Source: Nitrosotalea sp. (lineage in GTDB: Archaea; Thermoproteota; Nitrososphaeria; Nitrososphaerales; Nitrosopumilaceae). From it: 64,000 bases of DNA. A model generated the notes under the pieces. That model saw nothing but the letters and a program-made list of their open reading frames with translations. It searched no databases and was not told the DNA's origin. The stretch covers positions 8,591 to 72,590 of the forward strand of contig JARCRW010000017.1 in NCBI GenBank assembly GCA_029850515.1, read 5' to 3'. This document shows, piece after piece, positions 26,843-37,204 of the stretch. The position numbers and the translations under genes are program-made. Every line of letters begins with the position of its first letter. Positions within the stretch are counted from its first letter, which is position 1.

Positions 26843-27426
26843 TTTTTAGCCTTCTTTGTAGAAAGTTCTGTCAATACCCATTGTTCAATCAAAGGACAAG
26901 TTCTCGGACTAATTTCGCCTTCAAGCGTACACTTTGATTCCACTGGACATATCAGACAAGGAGCAGATTCTATTGATTGTGTTGTTACCGGTACGTGTGC
27001 GATCTTTAGCTTGTAAGTCCAACGTCCGTTTTCAAGGATTTTTTCTCTTTTTACCAAGTGCTGTCTTTCAAGCTTTAGTGCAAGTCTTGAGCCATCTCTG
27101 CTTGAGAGTTTGAGTTTTTTCCAGAGTTCGCTTTGGAACATGCCGTTGTCGCCGCGTTTTGCAACCAAACCCAAGACAGTTGTCTTTAATTTATCCATGT
27201 CAAGTCCTTCTATCTGGAAATTTTCGATCTCTTTTTCATCAATTGCTTCAAGCTCTTCTTCTGAGAGTTCAGCCTCCTTTTTCTTGTCGCCCTTAGACTT
27301 TTTCTTTTCTATCTTGTCAGATTCTGCTTGCTTGTCAACCTGTGGTAATTCTTTTTTCTTTTCTGCCTTGGCTACTTCCTTCTTGTCTTCAGCCTTTTTG
27401 ATTAGTTTTTTTTCTTTTTTAGCCAT
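26839..27426 (-). CDS. tfeB: Transcription factor E beta subunit (RPC34-like wHTH + 4Fe-4S domain) with charged N-terminal extension
   Basis: wHTH (GMFQSELWKKLKLSSRDGSRLALKLE...GRWTYKL) plus C-terminal PCLICP-x4-C-x4-ISP-x2-CP-x4-W, the RPC34/TFE-beta Fe-S signature. Confidence 0.85.
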   Translation of the reverse strand: MAKKEKKLIKKAEDKKEVAKAEKKKELPQVDKQAESDKIEKKKSKGDKKKEAELSEEELEAIDEKEIENFQIEGLDMDKLKTTVLGLVAKRGDNGMFQSELWKKLKLSSRDGSRLALKLERQHLVKREKILENGRWTYKLKIAHVPVTTQSIESAPCLICPVESKCTLEGEISPRTCPLIEQWVLTELSTKKAKK

Positions 27427-27496
27427 ATTAATCACTAAATTATAACATTACTCCAGTATTACTGGCACTCGTGCAATATAATAACATATAATTTTC

Positions 27497-27979
27497 TTAT
27501 TGTACCCTAATGTTAGCCATTACACTAATGCTGTTTTGGTTGGTCTTGTCTTTCATTTCTGCCATGATTTGATATATACCGGGTTTGTCAATCACAGAAG
27601 AAAACGTATCCTGAATTGGCAGAGATGAGTTAGTTTGTGCAAAGCATTGTGTAAAATAAGCGTGCTGAACAATTACCTGTTTTGGAGACGTATTTGGATC
27701 GTATATCGTCATGTACAAGTCACCGCAATCAAATGAAGTGTCATTCACCATCACTTTAAAGTTCAATGGTGTTGATGCGGTATAGTTACTTACAAGATTT
27801 AGCAGTCGGATTTGTTTATCACCTTGTTGCTGTCCAATGTTTGATGGAAATTTAAATTGCCACATATTTAATTGCCTATCAGGCTGTCCCAAAACATCAG
27901 ACAATACATATCCCCCAAAAATCAATGATGCGATTATAGGAAAGACAAAAACAAGATAAGCAATTTTTTTTACTGCCAA
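27497..27979 (-). CDS. Membrane-anchored hypothetical protein
   Basis: N-terminal TM helix, beta-rich extracellular part with CGDLY...CF. Confidence 0.75.
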   Translation of the reverse strand: MAVKKIAYLVFVFPIIASLIFGGYVLSDVLGQPDRQLNMWQFKFPSNIGQQQGDKQIRLLNLVSNYTASTPLNFKVMVNDTSFDCGDLYMTIYDPNTSPKQVIVQHAYFTQCFAQTNSSLPIQDTFSSVIDKPGIYQIMAEMKDKTNQNSISVMANIRVQ

Positions 27980-28084
27980 TTATGATATAACTGCTCTAGT
28001 TCCCATATATCTATTTGGTCGAAAAAGATTCAAGTAACAAATTTGACGAATAAGTTAAATCACAGCCAAGCCAATAGCCGCTAG

Positions 28085-30166
28085 ATGCGACTTAGAAAAT
28101 TTAGAGTTCAAGGCTATCGTTGCATTCATGATTCAGGGGAAATCAAAGTTGGGGATCTCGCAGCATTTGTTGGAAGAAATGAAAGTGGCAAAACTACAAT
28201 TTTAGAAGCTCTTACGTTACTTAACAAAGATACAAAACTTTCTGAATTAGATTTGTGTGATGAAATGAATGAGGAACTCAAGTCCGAGATAAGATTGGCA
28301 GAGGGAGAATTTGTGCTAAGTGAGAAAGAGACCGCATTAATTCGAGAGAAATTTCCAAACCTTCAGGACATAAGAAAGATGAAGATCTATAGGACGAATA
28401 AACATACTAGAGTACAATATGATTTTGGTGATGTAAAAATCAGCGGCGAGGCAAGTAAAAGACTCAACTCTTGGGAAAATTTTGTAGAGAGAATCAAGTC
28501 TTTTGTAGCAGCCATGCCAAACCCAATACGAATCAGAGTTGATACCAAGTTTCTAAATGCCCCACCACCACGAACCCGAGAAGTCTTTATGGATATGATG
28601 GCCGAATTTAACAATAACATTTACCTGATTGCATCACAGGAACCTCAGGTGATTTCAGAATGGAAAGACATCTACCAAGATTTGGAAACCATATTTGACA
28701 ACATGTTAATAGGAACAAACGAACGTTCTGCCCTAGATAATTTCATAGAGGATAAGTTACATCCAAGATTTGTCTACTTTTCAGACTACAAAAAAATACT
28801 TGGAAATATTGATCTTGAGGAATTTGTCAGGGAGACAAAAGGGATTAGATCAAAGGGATTAGAATATGTTGAAGAGTTTGACAAGGCAGAGACTGTAAAT
28901 AATTTATTTTATCTAGCAGAGCTTGATGCTCAGAAGCTAGAAGAGGTTAGAAGCAGTCCATCAAGATTGATAAAATTATTACACACTGCAAGTAGAAGGC
29001 TCAGTGAGAAACTCAACCCGGCTTGGAAGGGAGACCCCATTCATGTTGAACTCAGATGGAATCCTGGAAATGTTTTGAGCGTAGTCATATCAGACGTACA
29101 CAAGGATGGCACTGTGACAAATACCGGGTTACTTAATAGAAGAGCAGAAGGGTTCAAGTGGACTTTTTCATTTATCGTAAACTTTGCAGCGGAGACACAA
29201 AAAGCAGAACTAAAGGAAGCAATACTTTTACTTGATGAGCCTGCCAGAAATCTCCATCCTGCACAGCAGAGAGGAATTTCAGACTTGCTAAAAGGACTTG
29301 CGGGTTCCAATCAAATACTTTATGCAACTCACTCACCCTTTATGATATTTGATTACACACAAGGAAATCTGTTGGTAGTAGAGCTTGACAAGAGAAGGCA
29401 TCTAAGTAAGATCTATTATGATTATTGGAATGCAGACGATCAAACTCTTATTCCAATATTGTATGGTCTGTCAAGAGGCCTTGTAGAATCTATAGTAGAC
29501 AAACAAATAGGCTTCAACTCTAGGCCTGTGATAATAGTTGAAACCATGTCAGATTGCATGTATCTAAATGCATTTGACAGATTCCTAAAGGATCCAAATC
29601 TTTCCATGAATCCACTTAACATAGTTGCAGCATACAATAAGAATTCGGTTATGCCACTTGCAATATTTTATAAAAATCATGGGTATGATACTTTTATACT
29701 ATTGGACAATACGGAGGAATCAAGAAAAATTTCTGCAGAACTACAGTCTAATGAATTTAAATCAGTACAAATGGTCTTTTTTGAACTTGCAGGACAACCA
29801 AAATTGTTCATCGAAGATCTTTTGGTGGAAGATGATTATCTTTATGCGGTAAACCAAACTTATGAAGTCAGATTAAGAAAAGAGGGGTATGTAACATTGA
29901 CCAAAGATCAGGTGGCAAGCAAGGGCAAGAAAAGCATAATAGACAATCTAAATGAAATTTGGAAAGAAAACCAACATCTGGGTTGGGAGAAATTTGACAG
30001 AGAGGATATTTGCAGATATATTTGTGAGAAGATAGTATTAGGTGAGACAGACTTTTTATCAGATAAGACAAAGGACCAATTTAGGTCATTGTACAGATTG
30101 ATTGCAGAGAGAATAAGACAGAATCAAAACCTAGGAATCCAGTCATCTGCAACCAGTAATCGATGA
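28085..30166 (+). CDS. ABC/SMC-type ATPase fused to a TOPRIM-like domain (OLD/YbjD-like)
   Basis: GYRCIHDS, GRNESGKTT, LLLDEPARNLHP, YATHSPF, then IIVETMSD...LLDNT...IEDL. Confidence 0.75.
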   Translation: MRLRKFRVQGYRCIHDSGEIKVGDLAAFVGRNESGKTTILEALTLLNKDTKLSELDLCDEMNEELKSEIRLAEGEFVLSEKETALIREKFPNLQDIRKMKIYRTNKHTRVQYDFGDVKISGEASKRLNSWENFVERIKSFVAAMPNPIRIRVDTKFLNAPPPRTREVFMDMMAEFNNNIYLIASQEPQVISEWKDIYQDLETIFDNMLIGTNERSALDNFIEDKLHPRFVYFSDYKKILGNIDLEEFVRETKGIRSKGLEYVEEFDKAETVNNLFYLAELDAQKLEEVRSSPSRLIKLLHTASRRLSEKLNPAWKGDPIHVELRWNPGNVLSVVISDVHKDGTVTNTGLLNRRAEGFKWTFSFIVNFAAETQKAELKEAILLLDEPARNLHPAQQRGISDLLKGLAGSNQILYATHSPFMIFDYTQGNLLVVELDKRRHLSKIYYDYWNADDQTLIPILYGLSRGLVESIVDKQIGFNSRPVIIVETMSDCMYLNAFDRFLKDPNLSMNPLNIVAAYNKNSVMPLAIFYKNHGYDTFILLDNTEESRKISAELQSNEFKSVQMVFFELAGQPKLFIEDLLVEDDYLYAVNQTYEVRLRKEGYVTLTKDQVASKGKKSIIDNLNEIWKENQHLGWEKFDREDICRYICEKIVLGETDFLSDKTKDQFRSLYRLIAERIRQNQNLGIQSSATSNR

Positions 30167-30273
30167 GGCAGAAAATATCAGCATTTGTACTTTACTCATA
30201 AATCATACCAGAACACAAGACGATAAAGTAGAATTTCTTATTAAGATTTAATTTAGAGAGAGGTTGTGAGTCT

Positions 30274-32475
30274 ATGAGTAACGTGTTATTAAAATCAGTT
30301 ATTGTTCTTGCTTTACTTTTGGGCAGCGTATTTACAACATGTGTCGTATACCCAGTTTATGCAGATTCAGGATTTGTAACTGTAACTGCAACTAATGCCG
30401 GGGGACAAACGGTGATTTCAGTTAGCAATAGTGCAAATAATACTGGAAATATTGTTTCATTTACTTTGCAGATAACCGGAGGAGGTACCTTCAAATCATT
30501 CAATATACAAAACGACTGGACAGGTGCAAAGACTTCACCAACTACTGTGGCATTTAGTGCAATAGCTCCACTTGCTCCAGGAATGACAACATCTTTTGAA
30601 ATCCAGACAGACCAGCAAGCACCAACCATGACTTGGAAAACATCAGATGGAGAATCAGGCCAGATAGGAGTTCAGCAGACTAATACCAACTCAATAGGAG
30701 AGACTACTCAACAACTTGGTAATAATTTGGGCAGCAATCCCAACAACAATCAGAATACTAACAAAACATCAGAGACTACTCAGACAATACAACAACCGCC
30801 CAAAGGCATACTTGATACATCAACATTTAGAATCATTCCTTCCACCCCATCTCCAAATTCTCACATTCGTGTAGTCGGTTTTAGTTTTTCAGCACTGACC
30901 AGTCTTGATTTGTACATAGGCAATGACAAGATAGGCTCATTTTCATCGGATGACAAAGGAAACTTTGTCACAACTGTACTTGTACCAGACTCAGAACAGC
31001 CAGGCAGTGTCAACTTTATTCTAAAGGATCAGCAAAATAACCAAAAAACATTCTCTACAAATATCAAGGCACCATCAAGTCGTAACAGTGGTCCAGTTAC
31101 AAATATCCCTCTGACACTAAACGTTGATCCCATATACCATAGAGGAGAGACAAAGACAATTAATGGTACAGATAATCCTCAGAGCACCATAACTATAACC
31201 CTGCTAGATCCAAAAGGAAACCCAATAACAACTTCGGTGGTACAATCAGATAAAGATGGAAATTATGCAATGAAAGACGTAGTGCCAACTGATAGAGATT
31301 TTGGTAAATATTCAGTTACAGCATCAGATGGAAAGAATCAGGTAACTAAACAGTACAACGTTGTTACAACCCACAATATTTCAGTTGTGTCATCTGCTAC
31401 AAGATACGAACCGGGACAAATAGTTGTCATAAATGGCACCTCAATCTCAAATCAGCTCGTGCATTTTGTAGTGACAGATCCTACCAATCAACCCATTTAT
31501 TCAAAGGATGCAAATGTTACATCGGCAGGCACAGTTTCCATGTCATACCAGTTAGATGATTCAGCCATAAAAGGAACCTATGAGGTAACCGCAACACAAG
31601 GCACTGATCTTGTGACTATTTTCTTTGGAGTAGGCCAAGACGTATCTCCACCCATAACAGCAACATTAGACAAGCTTAGTTATCAGAATACAGACAATCC
31701 TGTTGTAAGTATTACAGGCCCTCCATCCTCAACTCTGAATCTTATCATAGTAGACCCTTCCGATACACAAAAGTTTGCAGACATTATCAATCTAGGATCA
31801 AGTGGACAGGCAACATATTCATTTAATTTGACTTCATATACACCGGGAATTTATTCCGCCGTAGTCTCTCATGCAGAAGAAAAAGTGGAGAAACCATTTG
31901 CAGTAGGACTTTCAACTAATACTGGACAAATTTCACTTAGTATTGTAAAGGATTCATACTTGCCAGGAGATAACATCATAATTATTGGAACCACTGCCAA
32001 TGCAAATAGCCTTCTCCAAATTTCCTTGACTGACCCTAATGGACAAATAGTAAAGACAATACAGACATTCTCAGACAAGACGGGTCACTTTTCTTCATTT
32101 GATTTCAGCCTCCCGTCTACTGCAATTCCAGGAACATGGAAACTAGATGGTACCAGTGGAGTCAATCACTCATCCGTACCATTAATTGTAAAGTCATCAA
32201 AACAAGCAATCACCGTTTCTCTGGATAGGTCTTCAGGCGCATACACAAGAGGAGATATTGTAACAATCTCTGGAACCGATGCAGGTGTTACTGCAGAAGT
32301 TGACATCACCATAAACGGCAATAGCACTGTTATTGACAAATTGCCCACTTCGTCAACAAACCGAGGAGACTATAGTACAGCTTGGCAAGTTCCACGCGAT
32401 GTCAATCCAGGAACATATACAGTTGAGGCATCTTCCATTACAGGCAAAGCAACAATCAGCATAACAATTCAATAA
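30274..32475 (+). CDS. Large secreted multi-Ig-like-domain surface protein
   Basis: Signal peptide (VYA), N/Q/T-rich linker, repeated beta-sandwich modules (ITLLDPKG, VVTDPTN, IIVDPSD, LTDPNG; GxYxV); no C-terminal TM anchor. Confidence 0.82.
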   Translation: MSNVLLKSVIVLALLLGSVFTTCVVYPVYADSGFVTVTATNAGGQTVISVSNSANNTGNIVSFTLQITGGGTFKSFNIQNDWTGAKTSPTTVAFSAIAPLAPGMTTSFEIQTDQQAPTMTWKTSDGESGQIGVQQTNTNSIGETTQQLGNNLGSNPNNNQNTNKTSETTQTIQQPPKGILDTSTFRIIPSTPSPNSHIRVVGFSFSALTSLDLYIGNDKIGSFSSDDKGNFVTTVLVPDSEQPGSVNFILKDQQNNQKTFSTNIKAPSSRNSGPVTNIPLTLNVDPIYHRGETKTINGTDNPQSTITITLLDPKGNPITTSVVQSDKDGNYAMKDVVPTDRDFGKYSVTASDGKNQVTKQYNVVTTHNISVVSSATRYEPGQIVVINGTSISNQLVHFVVTDPTNQPIYSKDANVTSAGTVSMSYQLDDSAIKGTYEVTATQGTDLVTIFFGVGQDVSPPITATLDKLSYQNTDNPVVSITGPPSSTLNLIIVDPSDTQKFADIINLGSSGQATYSFNLTSYTPGIYSAVVSHAEEKVEKPFAVGLSTNTGQISLSIVKDSYLPGDNIIIIGTTANANSLLQISLTDPNGQIVKTIQTFSDKTGHFSSFDFSLPSTAIPGTWKLDGTSGVNHSSVPLIVKSSKQAITVSLDRSSGAYTRGDIVTISGTDAGVTAEVDITINGNSTVIDKLPTSSTNRGDYSTAWQVPRDVNPGTYTVEASSITGKATISITIQ

Positions 32476-32522
32476 GGAATCAATTAGCAATATTTTTTAC
32501 ATCCAATACTTGAGAACGATTT

Positions 32523-33035
32523 GTGAACCTAAAGAACAAGATAGATGAAATACCAGACTTTCCAAAAAAAGGAATTTTATTCAGAGACATCAGCCCGCTC
32601 TTAAGAGATCCAGCAGCTTTATCACTTGTAATAGACGAATTTACAAAAATAATACATCCAAACGATGTAGATGTTTTTGCAGGAATAGAATCAAGAGGTT
32701 TTCCCCTGGCTTGTGCATTGGCTCTCAAATACAATAAAGGAATGATAATGATTAGGAAGCAGGGAAAATTACCAGGTGCTACTTACAAAACAACATACAG
32801 CATTGAATATGGAACTGCAACAATGGAGATCCAAACTAATGCAATAAAGAAAGGTCAAAAAGTGTACATTTGTGACGATCTGCTTGCGACTGGAGGTACC
32901 GCAAAAGCAGCTGCAAATCTAGTTGAAAAAATAGGTGGTAATGTATCAGGTTTTGCTTTCATAATAGAATTAACTGATCTGAAAGGATCAAAATCAATCA
33001 AGGGTTACAAATACAACTCGTTGGTGAAATATTGA
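32523..33035 (+). CDS. apt: Adenine phosphoribosyltransferase
   Basis: [37 protein letters not shown]. Confidence 0.96.
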   Translation: MNLKNKIDEIPDFPKKGILFRDISPLLRDPAALSLVIDEFTKIIHPNDVDVFAGIESRGFPLACALALKYNKGMIMIRKQGKLPGATYKTTYSIEYGTATMEIQTNAIKKGQKVYICDDLLATGGTAKAAANLVEKIGGNVSGFAFIIELTDLKGSKSIKGYKYNSLVKY

Positions 33036-33826
33036 TAGAGCAAGCAGAAATAGGAATCTTTGGAGGAACTGGAATATATGATTCAGGTCTTCTCAAAGAA
33101 AGCAAAGAAATTACAATAGATACTCCATTTGGCAAGACTTCAGATTCTATAACAGTTGGAATTTACAAGGGAAGAAAAGTTGCATTCATGCCAAGGCATG
33201 GTAAAAAGCACACTATTCCACCTCACTTGATAAACTTTAGAGCAAATATCTGGGCGTTCAAAGAGATGGGAATTAAGAGAATCATAGCGCCATCAGCAGT
33301 TGGAAGTCTCAAAGAGGAATTAAAACCCGGAGATGTCGTACTTCCATCACAGTTTATAGATTTTACAAAATCAAGAAAATATACGCTTTATGAAGACAGC
33401 AAAGTCATTCACATATCAGTAGCTGATCCATTTTGCCCTGAGCTTCAAAACGTTGTTTCCAATGTAACAAAGAAAATGAATTTGCACATTCACAAAGATG
33501 CTACATACATTTGCATTGAGGGACCAAGATTTTCAACAAGAGCAGAATCAAAATTTTATAAAAATGTGATAGGTGCAGACATCATAGGGATGACGCTGGT
33601 TCCAGAATGCCAGCTTGCGCGAGAAGCCCAGATGTGTTATGTGTCAATTTCCACAGTAACAGATTACGATGTATGGGCAGACAAGCCAGTTACTGCAAAG
33701 GAAGTCCTAGAGACTTTGTCTAAAAATGTAGGAACAACGAAGAACATACTGTCACTGCTTTTTGATTCCATACCAGAACAACGCGGCTGTCTATGCCACA
33801 AGGCATTTGAAGAAGCCCAGTTCTAG
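33032..33826 (+). CDS. mtnP: S-methyl-5'-thioadenosine phosphorylase
   Basis: [34 protein letters not shown]. Confidence 0.94.
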   Translation: MIEQAEIGIFGGTGIYDSGLLKESKEITIDTPFGKTSDSITVGIYKGRKVAFMPRHGKKHTIPPHLINFRANIWAFKEMGIKRIIAPSAVGSLKEELKPGDVVLPSQFIDFTKSRKYTLYEDSKVIHISVADPFCPELQNVVSNVTKKMNLHIHKDATYICIEGPRFSTRAESKFYKNVIGADIIGMTLVPECQLAREAQMCYVSISTVTDYDVWADKPVTAKEVLETLSKNVGTTKNILSLLFDSIPEQRGCLCHKAFEEAQF

Positions 33827-34107
33827 CCATCTGCAAAGGATTCTTTTGTGAGCCCTTCTGGAAGAGTGATATCTCCGCGAACAAGCTTTTGCTGGAGTTC
33901 GTTTATCACTTCATCTACATCATAACCAAGGTTCACAAGACTCTTTTCCACCACCTTTGATATTTTGGCACCAATGTTATGACCGCCTATTCTGCCAAAG
34001 GCTATTGCGTTGAACTTGAACGGGTGGCCATCAATATTAAAAGTACCAGTTATCTTGGCAGCTATTTGACTACCACGAACATTATTGATATGAACTTGAA
34101 TGTCCAT
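33823..34107 (-). CDS. Conserved hypothetical protein
   Basis: 94-aa ORF with coding-like composition ([16 protein letters not shown]), convergent on mtnP. Confidence 0.75.
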   Translation of the reverse strand: MDIQVHINNVRGSQIAAKITGTFNIDGHPFKFNAIAFGRIGGHNIGAKISKVVEKSLVNLGYDVDEVINELQQKLVRGDITLPEGLTKESFADG

Positions 34108-34114
34108 GTGAGAT

Positions 34115-34516
34115 TTAGATCTCTACTGCTTTGTTAATTGAGGTTTCGATAAGAAAGCTCCAGTGCTTATCATCATCAATCTTAAAATCATTTACCCCAA
34201 GTTTTATTACTTTTTCATCAATACATTCATGTTGAATTTCGTCATTTTGTTTTATCTTTATTAATTTCCATTTATCCTTGTGTTTTTTAAGATTGCATAA
34301 AAGTACAGCCCATTTTTGATCTGGGGATATTTTGGGCATTCCAACATAGTCTACAATGCTGTCTATTCCGAGTTGTTTTTCTTCACAGAAAATTTTCTTG
34401 CACTTTACACATCTCCATGTATCAACCGAACCTATTGTTCTTCTTTCATAATTTAGATTGGTGACTCCATAGTATACTATTTCATGATTACAAGAAGATT
34501 CTTCGTCTGTGGACAT
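34115..34516 (-). CDS. Hypothetical protein with possible metal-binding Cys/His residues
   Basis: CNH...CVKC...HEC. Start set at ATG 34516 behind GGAGG. Confidence 0.72.
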   Translation of the reverse strand: MSTDEESSCNHEIVYYGVTNLNYERRTIGSVDTWRCVKCKKIFCEEKQLGIDSIVDYVGMPKISPDQKWAVLLCNLKKHKDKWKLIKIKQNDEIQHECIDEKVIKLGVNDFKIDDDKHWSFLIETSINKAVEI

Positions 34517-34529
34517 GTTTCCTCCTCCA

Positions 34530-34898
34530 TTATTGGTCATATTTAGTTCTTGCATCATCATATGGTTTTTCTAAAACAATTGAGATGTTATCTACCAAGA
34601 GATTCTTCTTAAATGAAATGTTTTCTCTTTCGCACATTCTTCTATACATATTGACAATAGCAAATCTAGGATGCATTGATTCAAACTCTGTTTTTGTGAT
34701 ATCAATAAAGCCTCCATTTTGAATAAGGCTTGTTGCTACTTGATGTGCAGCATCTTCAGATATGTTCAGATCATGTGCTATGTCTTTGGCAGACATTTTG
34801 CCTTTTTTTACAACCAAGACATAAACTTTGGATTGTATTGGAGACAATCGAAGCTCTGAGACAATATTTTCCTCGACGGTATCAATATTGACACTCAT
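34530..34898 (-). CDS. TrmB-like wHTH transcription regulator
   Basis: LRLSPIQSKVYVLVV...MSAKDIAHDLNIS...LIQNGGFI. Confidence 0.7.
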   Translation of the reverse strand: MSVNIDTVEENIVSELRLSPIQSKVYVLVVKKGKMSAKDIAHDLNISEDAAHQVATSLIQNGGFIDITKTEFESMHPRFAIVNMYRRMCERENISFKKNLLVDNISIVLEKPYDDARTKYDQ

Positions 34899-34979
34899 GG
34901 ATATTGAGACTCATAATGCCATAAATAAACATGCCAAAATCATAGCTGAAAATAAATATGGAATACAGTCAATCGTTTC

Positions 34980-35537
34980 ATGAGATTAATCATAGGATTA
35001 ACTGGAAGTTCTGGAATCATATACGGTGTAAGAATGCTAGAAGTTCTCAAGCAATGCAATGTTGATGTTCATCTAGTCATGACGGAATGGGCAAAGAAAT
35101 GCATGGCATTAGAAACTGATTATGATTTGAAATATGTAAAATCATTAGTGGGACACTATTCAGATGATTCAAACATGGCTGCAAGTGTTTCAAGTGGAAC
35201 ACACAAGACAGATGGCATGATAGTCATTCCCTGTACCATGAAGACACTTTCAAGCATTGCCAACGGATATGAAGAGACTCTGGTTGCCCGAGCTGCCGGG
35301 GTTACCATGAAAGAATCTCGCAAGCTAGTTCTAGTTCCAAGAGAGACTCCACTTACCAGCATTCATCTTGAAAATATGCTCAAGCTTTCAAGAATTGGAG
35401 TAGTCGTATTACCAGCCATGCCAGGTTTTTACAACAGACCAAAGAACATCGATGATATTTTGAATCATGTAGTAGGAAAGTGCTTGGATCAATTTGGAAT
35501 TGAGCACAACCTGTTTAAAAGATGGGAAACTACCTGA
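34980..35537 (+). CDS. ubiX: Flavin prenyltransferase UbiX
   Basis: GLTGSSG, SVSSGT, PCTMKTLS, RAAGVTMKE, PRETP, PAMPGFY. Confidence 0.95.
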   Translation: MRLIIGLTGSSGIIYGVRMLEVLKQCNVDVHLVMTEWAKKCMALETDYDLKYVKSLVGHYSDDSNMAASVSSGTHKTDGMIVIPCTMKTLSSIANGYEETLVARAAGVTMKESRKLVLVPRETPLTSIHLENMLKLSRIGVVVLPAMPGFYNRPKNIDDILNHVVGKCLDQFGIEHNLFKRWETT

Positions 35538-35644
35538 GTATGATTATCTACACAGTAGAATTATGAAACAATTGTACATTTGCTTTTGATCAAAATTCTA
35601 CGAGTGTTTATATTTGGAGCATAGTTAAATCATACAGAATATCT

Positions 35645-36115
35645 TTGGCAAGCTACAAAAGCAGATACTCTAATGACAAATCATTTGATATTATCATTCC
35701 CTTGATGGTTTTACTATTCTTGGGTGTAGTGTACATGCTTTCACTTAGATCTTCACAGGGGTATGTCAATTTCATACTTATCGGAATAGCTGCTATGATT
35801 ATGATCTATTGGGTCAGAGTATTAAAAAAGATGACAGTGGAGAGTACTCCACAATATACACCAAAGGAAGCGGACACAAAGAACTGGGTGTATGACCTCA
35901 TAAAGGGAGAAAAAGAGATAATATTCGTAGCAGAAGTGCCAGGCCCAGAGGACCAAGTAACTGTGAGATTGATTGATAAAATCCTATACGTGCGAGGCTC
36001 GGGACACTTTTCAAAAGAAGTTCCGATTGAGACAACACCAGACATGGGAATTCATGATTTCAAGTACAGAAATGGTGTTCTCACCTTACGAATTAAAAAA
36101 TTAGAAACTCTTTGA
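35645..36115 (+). CDS. Membrane-anchored Hsp20/alpha-crystallin-like protein
   Basis: Two N-terminal TM helices; VAEVPG...YRNGVLTLRIKK. Confidence 0.78.
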   Translation: MASYKSRYSNDKSFDIIIPLMVLLFLGVVYMLSLRSSQGYVNFILIGIAAMIMIYWVRVLKKMTVESTPQYTPKEADTKNWVYDLIKGEKEIIFVAEVPGPEDQVTVRLIDKILYVRGSGHFSKEVPIETTPDMGIHDFKYRNGVLTLRIKKLETL

Positions 36116-37204
36116 TTCTTCTAGCTTTGCTGGAAGATATTTGTCTGTAATATTAGTAAGGCCATACTTTGAGAATGCCTCAAGTTCTGCCTTTCTCTTC
36201 AACTTGAGAAAGACCTCAAGTTGTTTTTTCCAGTTTCCTTCTTGATATCTAGGATCTTTTTGAAGGTCATAGATTCTCTTTATGTCAGATTCGGTCATAG
36301 GAATTGTAGGAAGTTTGTATTTTTCAATATCAGTTGCCCAGACACCCAACCACTTGGCATCTGGTACAGTCAATTCCCTCAAGTGAGCTGCATTTGCAGA
36401 ACCAGATTTTATTACCATTGCAATGTGTTCACCATACACATCACCGTCAGCCAATATAACAACAGGCAACCCCATTTCTGTGTTCAATCTTCTCAAAAGA
36501 TTTCTTGTTGACCTAGGAGCTTGACCTGCAGTATCTACAATTATAGACTTGAATTTTTTATGAACTTTTTCTTCGACGAATCTTGTAAAAAGACCACCCT
36601 TTTCTATGGCAATTACAAGTTCTGCACTAGTGTCAACAAGTTCAGCACTGCTCAAACTTGGACCTATCAGATATCCATCAGGATGATCTGACAGATTCAT
36701 CCTTTTTCCTTCATATCCTGGAACAGTATACTCTATTGTCAGGTCACCAAATACGCTGCTTCGTTCCTCAGGAAATATGTGAAATTCTTCACGCGGGCTT
36801 GTGAGCACAGCTTCAAGGTCCACTATTATATTGTCAGACTCTGGCTGATCCTCGAAATCAATACTAAATGCCTGTGATGAATAGTAAATATCTCGCAATG
36901 TGGATGATTTTCCCTCTCGCACTAACCTGTTTACAAAGAAAGCAAGCCATGCAAGCTGTGTGTAAGAACGTAATTGGGACATGTTTCTGGAACTGCGAAC
37001 AGCGTTAGCACTACCCAAAATGTATTGCCTTATTTTTTTATCATAAACAATATTGCTTACAGATCTACTTGGTATAACAAATTGTGGAAATTTTCCCTTG
37101 TCTAGATTTTCATATATGCTAAGACCTTGTTGTTCCAACATTGACAGCAATCTTTTCTTTCTTGTTTCTGCGGTCTTTGCGCTAGACTTGTTCTTCAATC
37201 TCAC
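36101..37204 (-). CDS. top6A: DNA topoisomerase VI subunit A
   Basis: STLRDIYY (catalytic Tyr), IAIEKGG, GQAPRSTR, DGDVYG, KAELEA. Confidence 0.97.
   Translation of the reverse strand: MRLKNKSSAKTAETRKKRLLSMLEQQGLSIYENLDKGKFPQFVIPSRSVSNIVYDKKIRQYILGSANAVRSSRNMSQLRSYTQLAWLAFFVNRLVREGKSSTLRDIYYSSQAFSIDFEDQPESDNIIVDLEAVLTSPREEFHIFPEERSSVFGDLTIEYTVPGYEGKRMNLSDHPDGYLIGPSLSSAELVDTSAELVIAIEKGGLFTRFVEEKVHKKFKSIIVDTAGQAPRSTRNLLRRLNTEMGLPVVILADGDVYGEHIAMVIKSGSANAAHLRELTVPDAKWLGVWATDIEKYKLPTIPMTESDIKRIYDLQKDPRYQEGNWKKQLEVFLKLKRKAELEAFSKYGLTNITDKYLPAKLEESKSF

Noticed and set aside
30660-30800. Internal repeat (gagactactca twice) in the large surface protein
   Set aside because: Short duplication in an N/Q/T-rich linker, typical low-complexity drift and not a distinct element.
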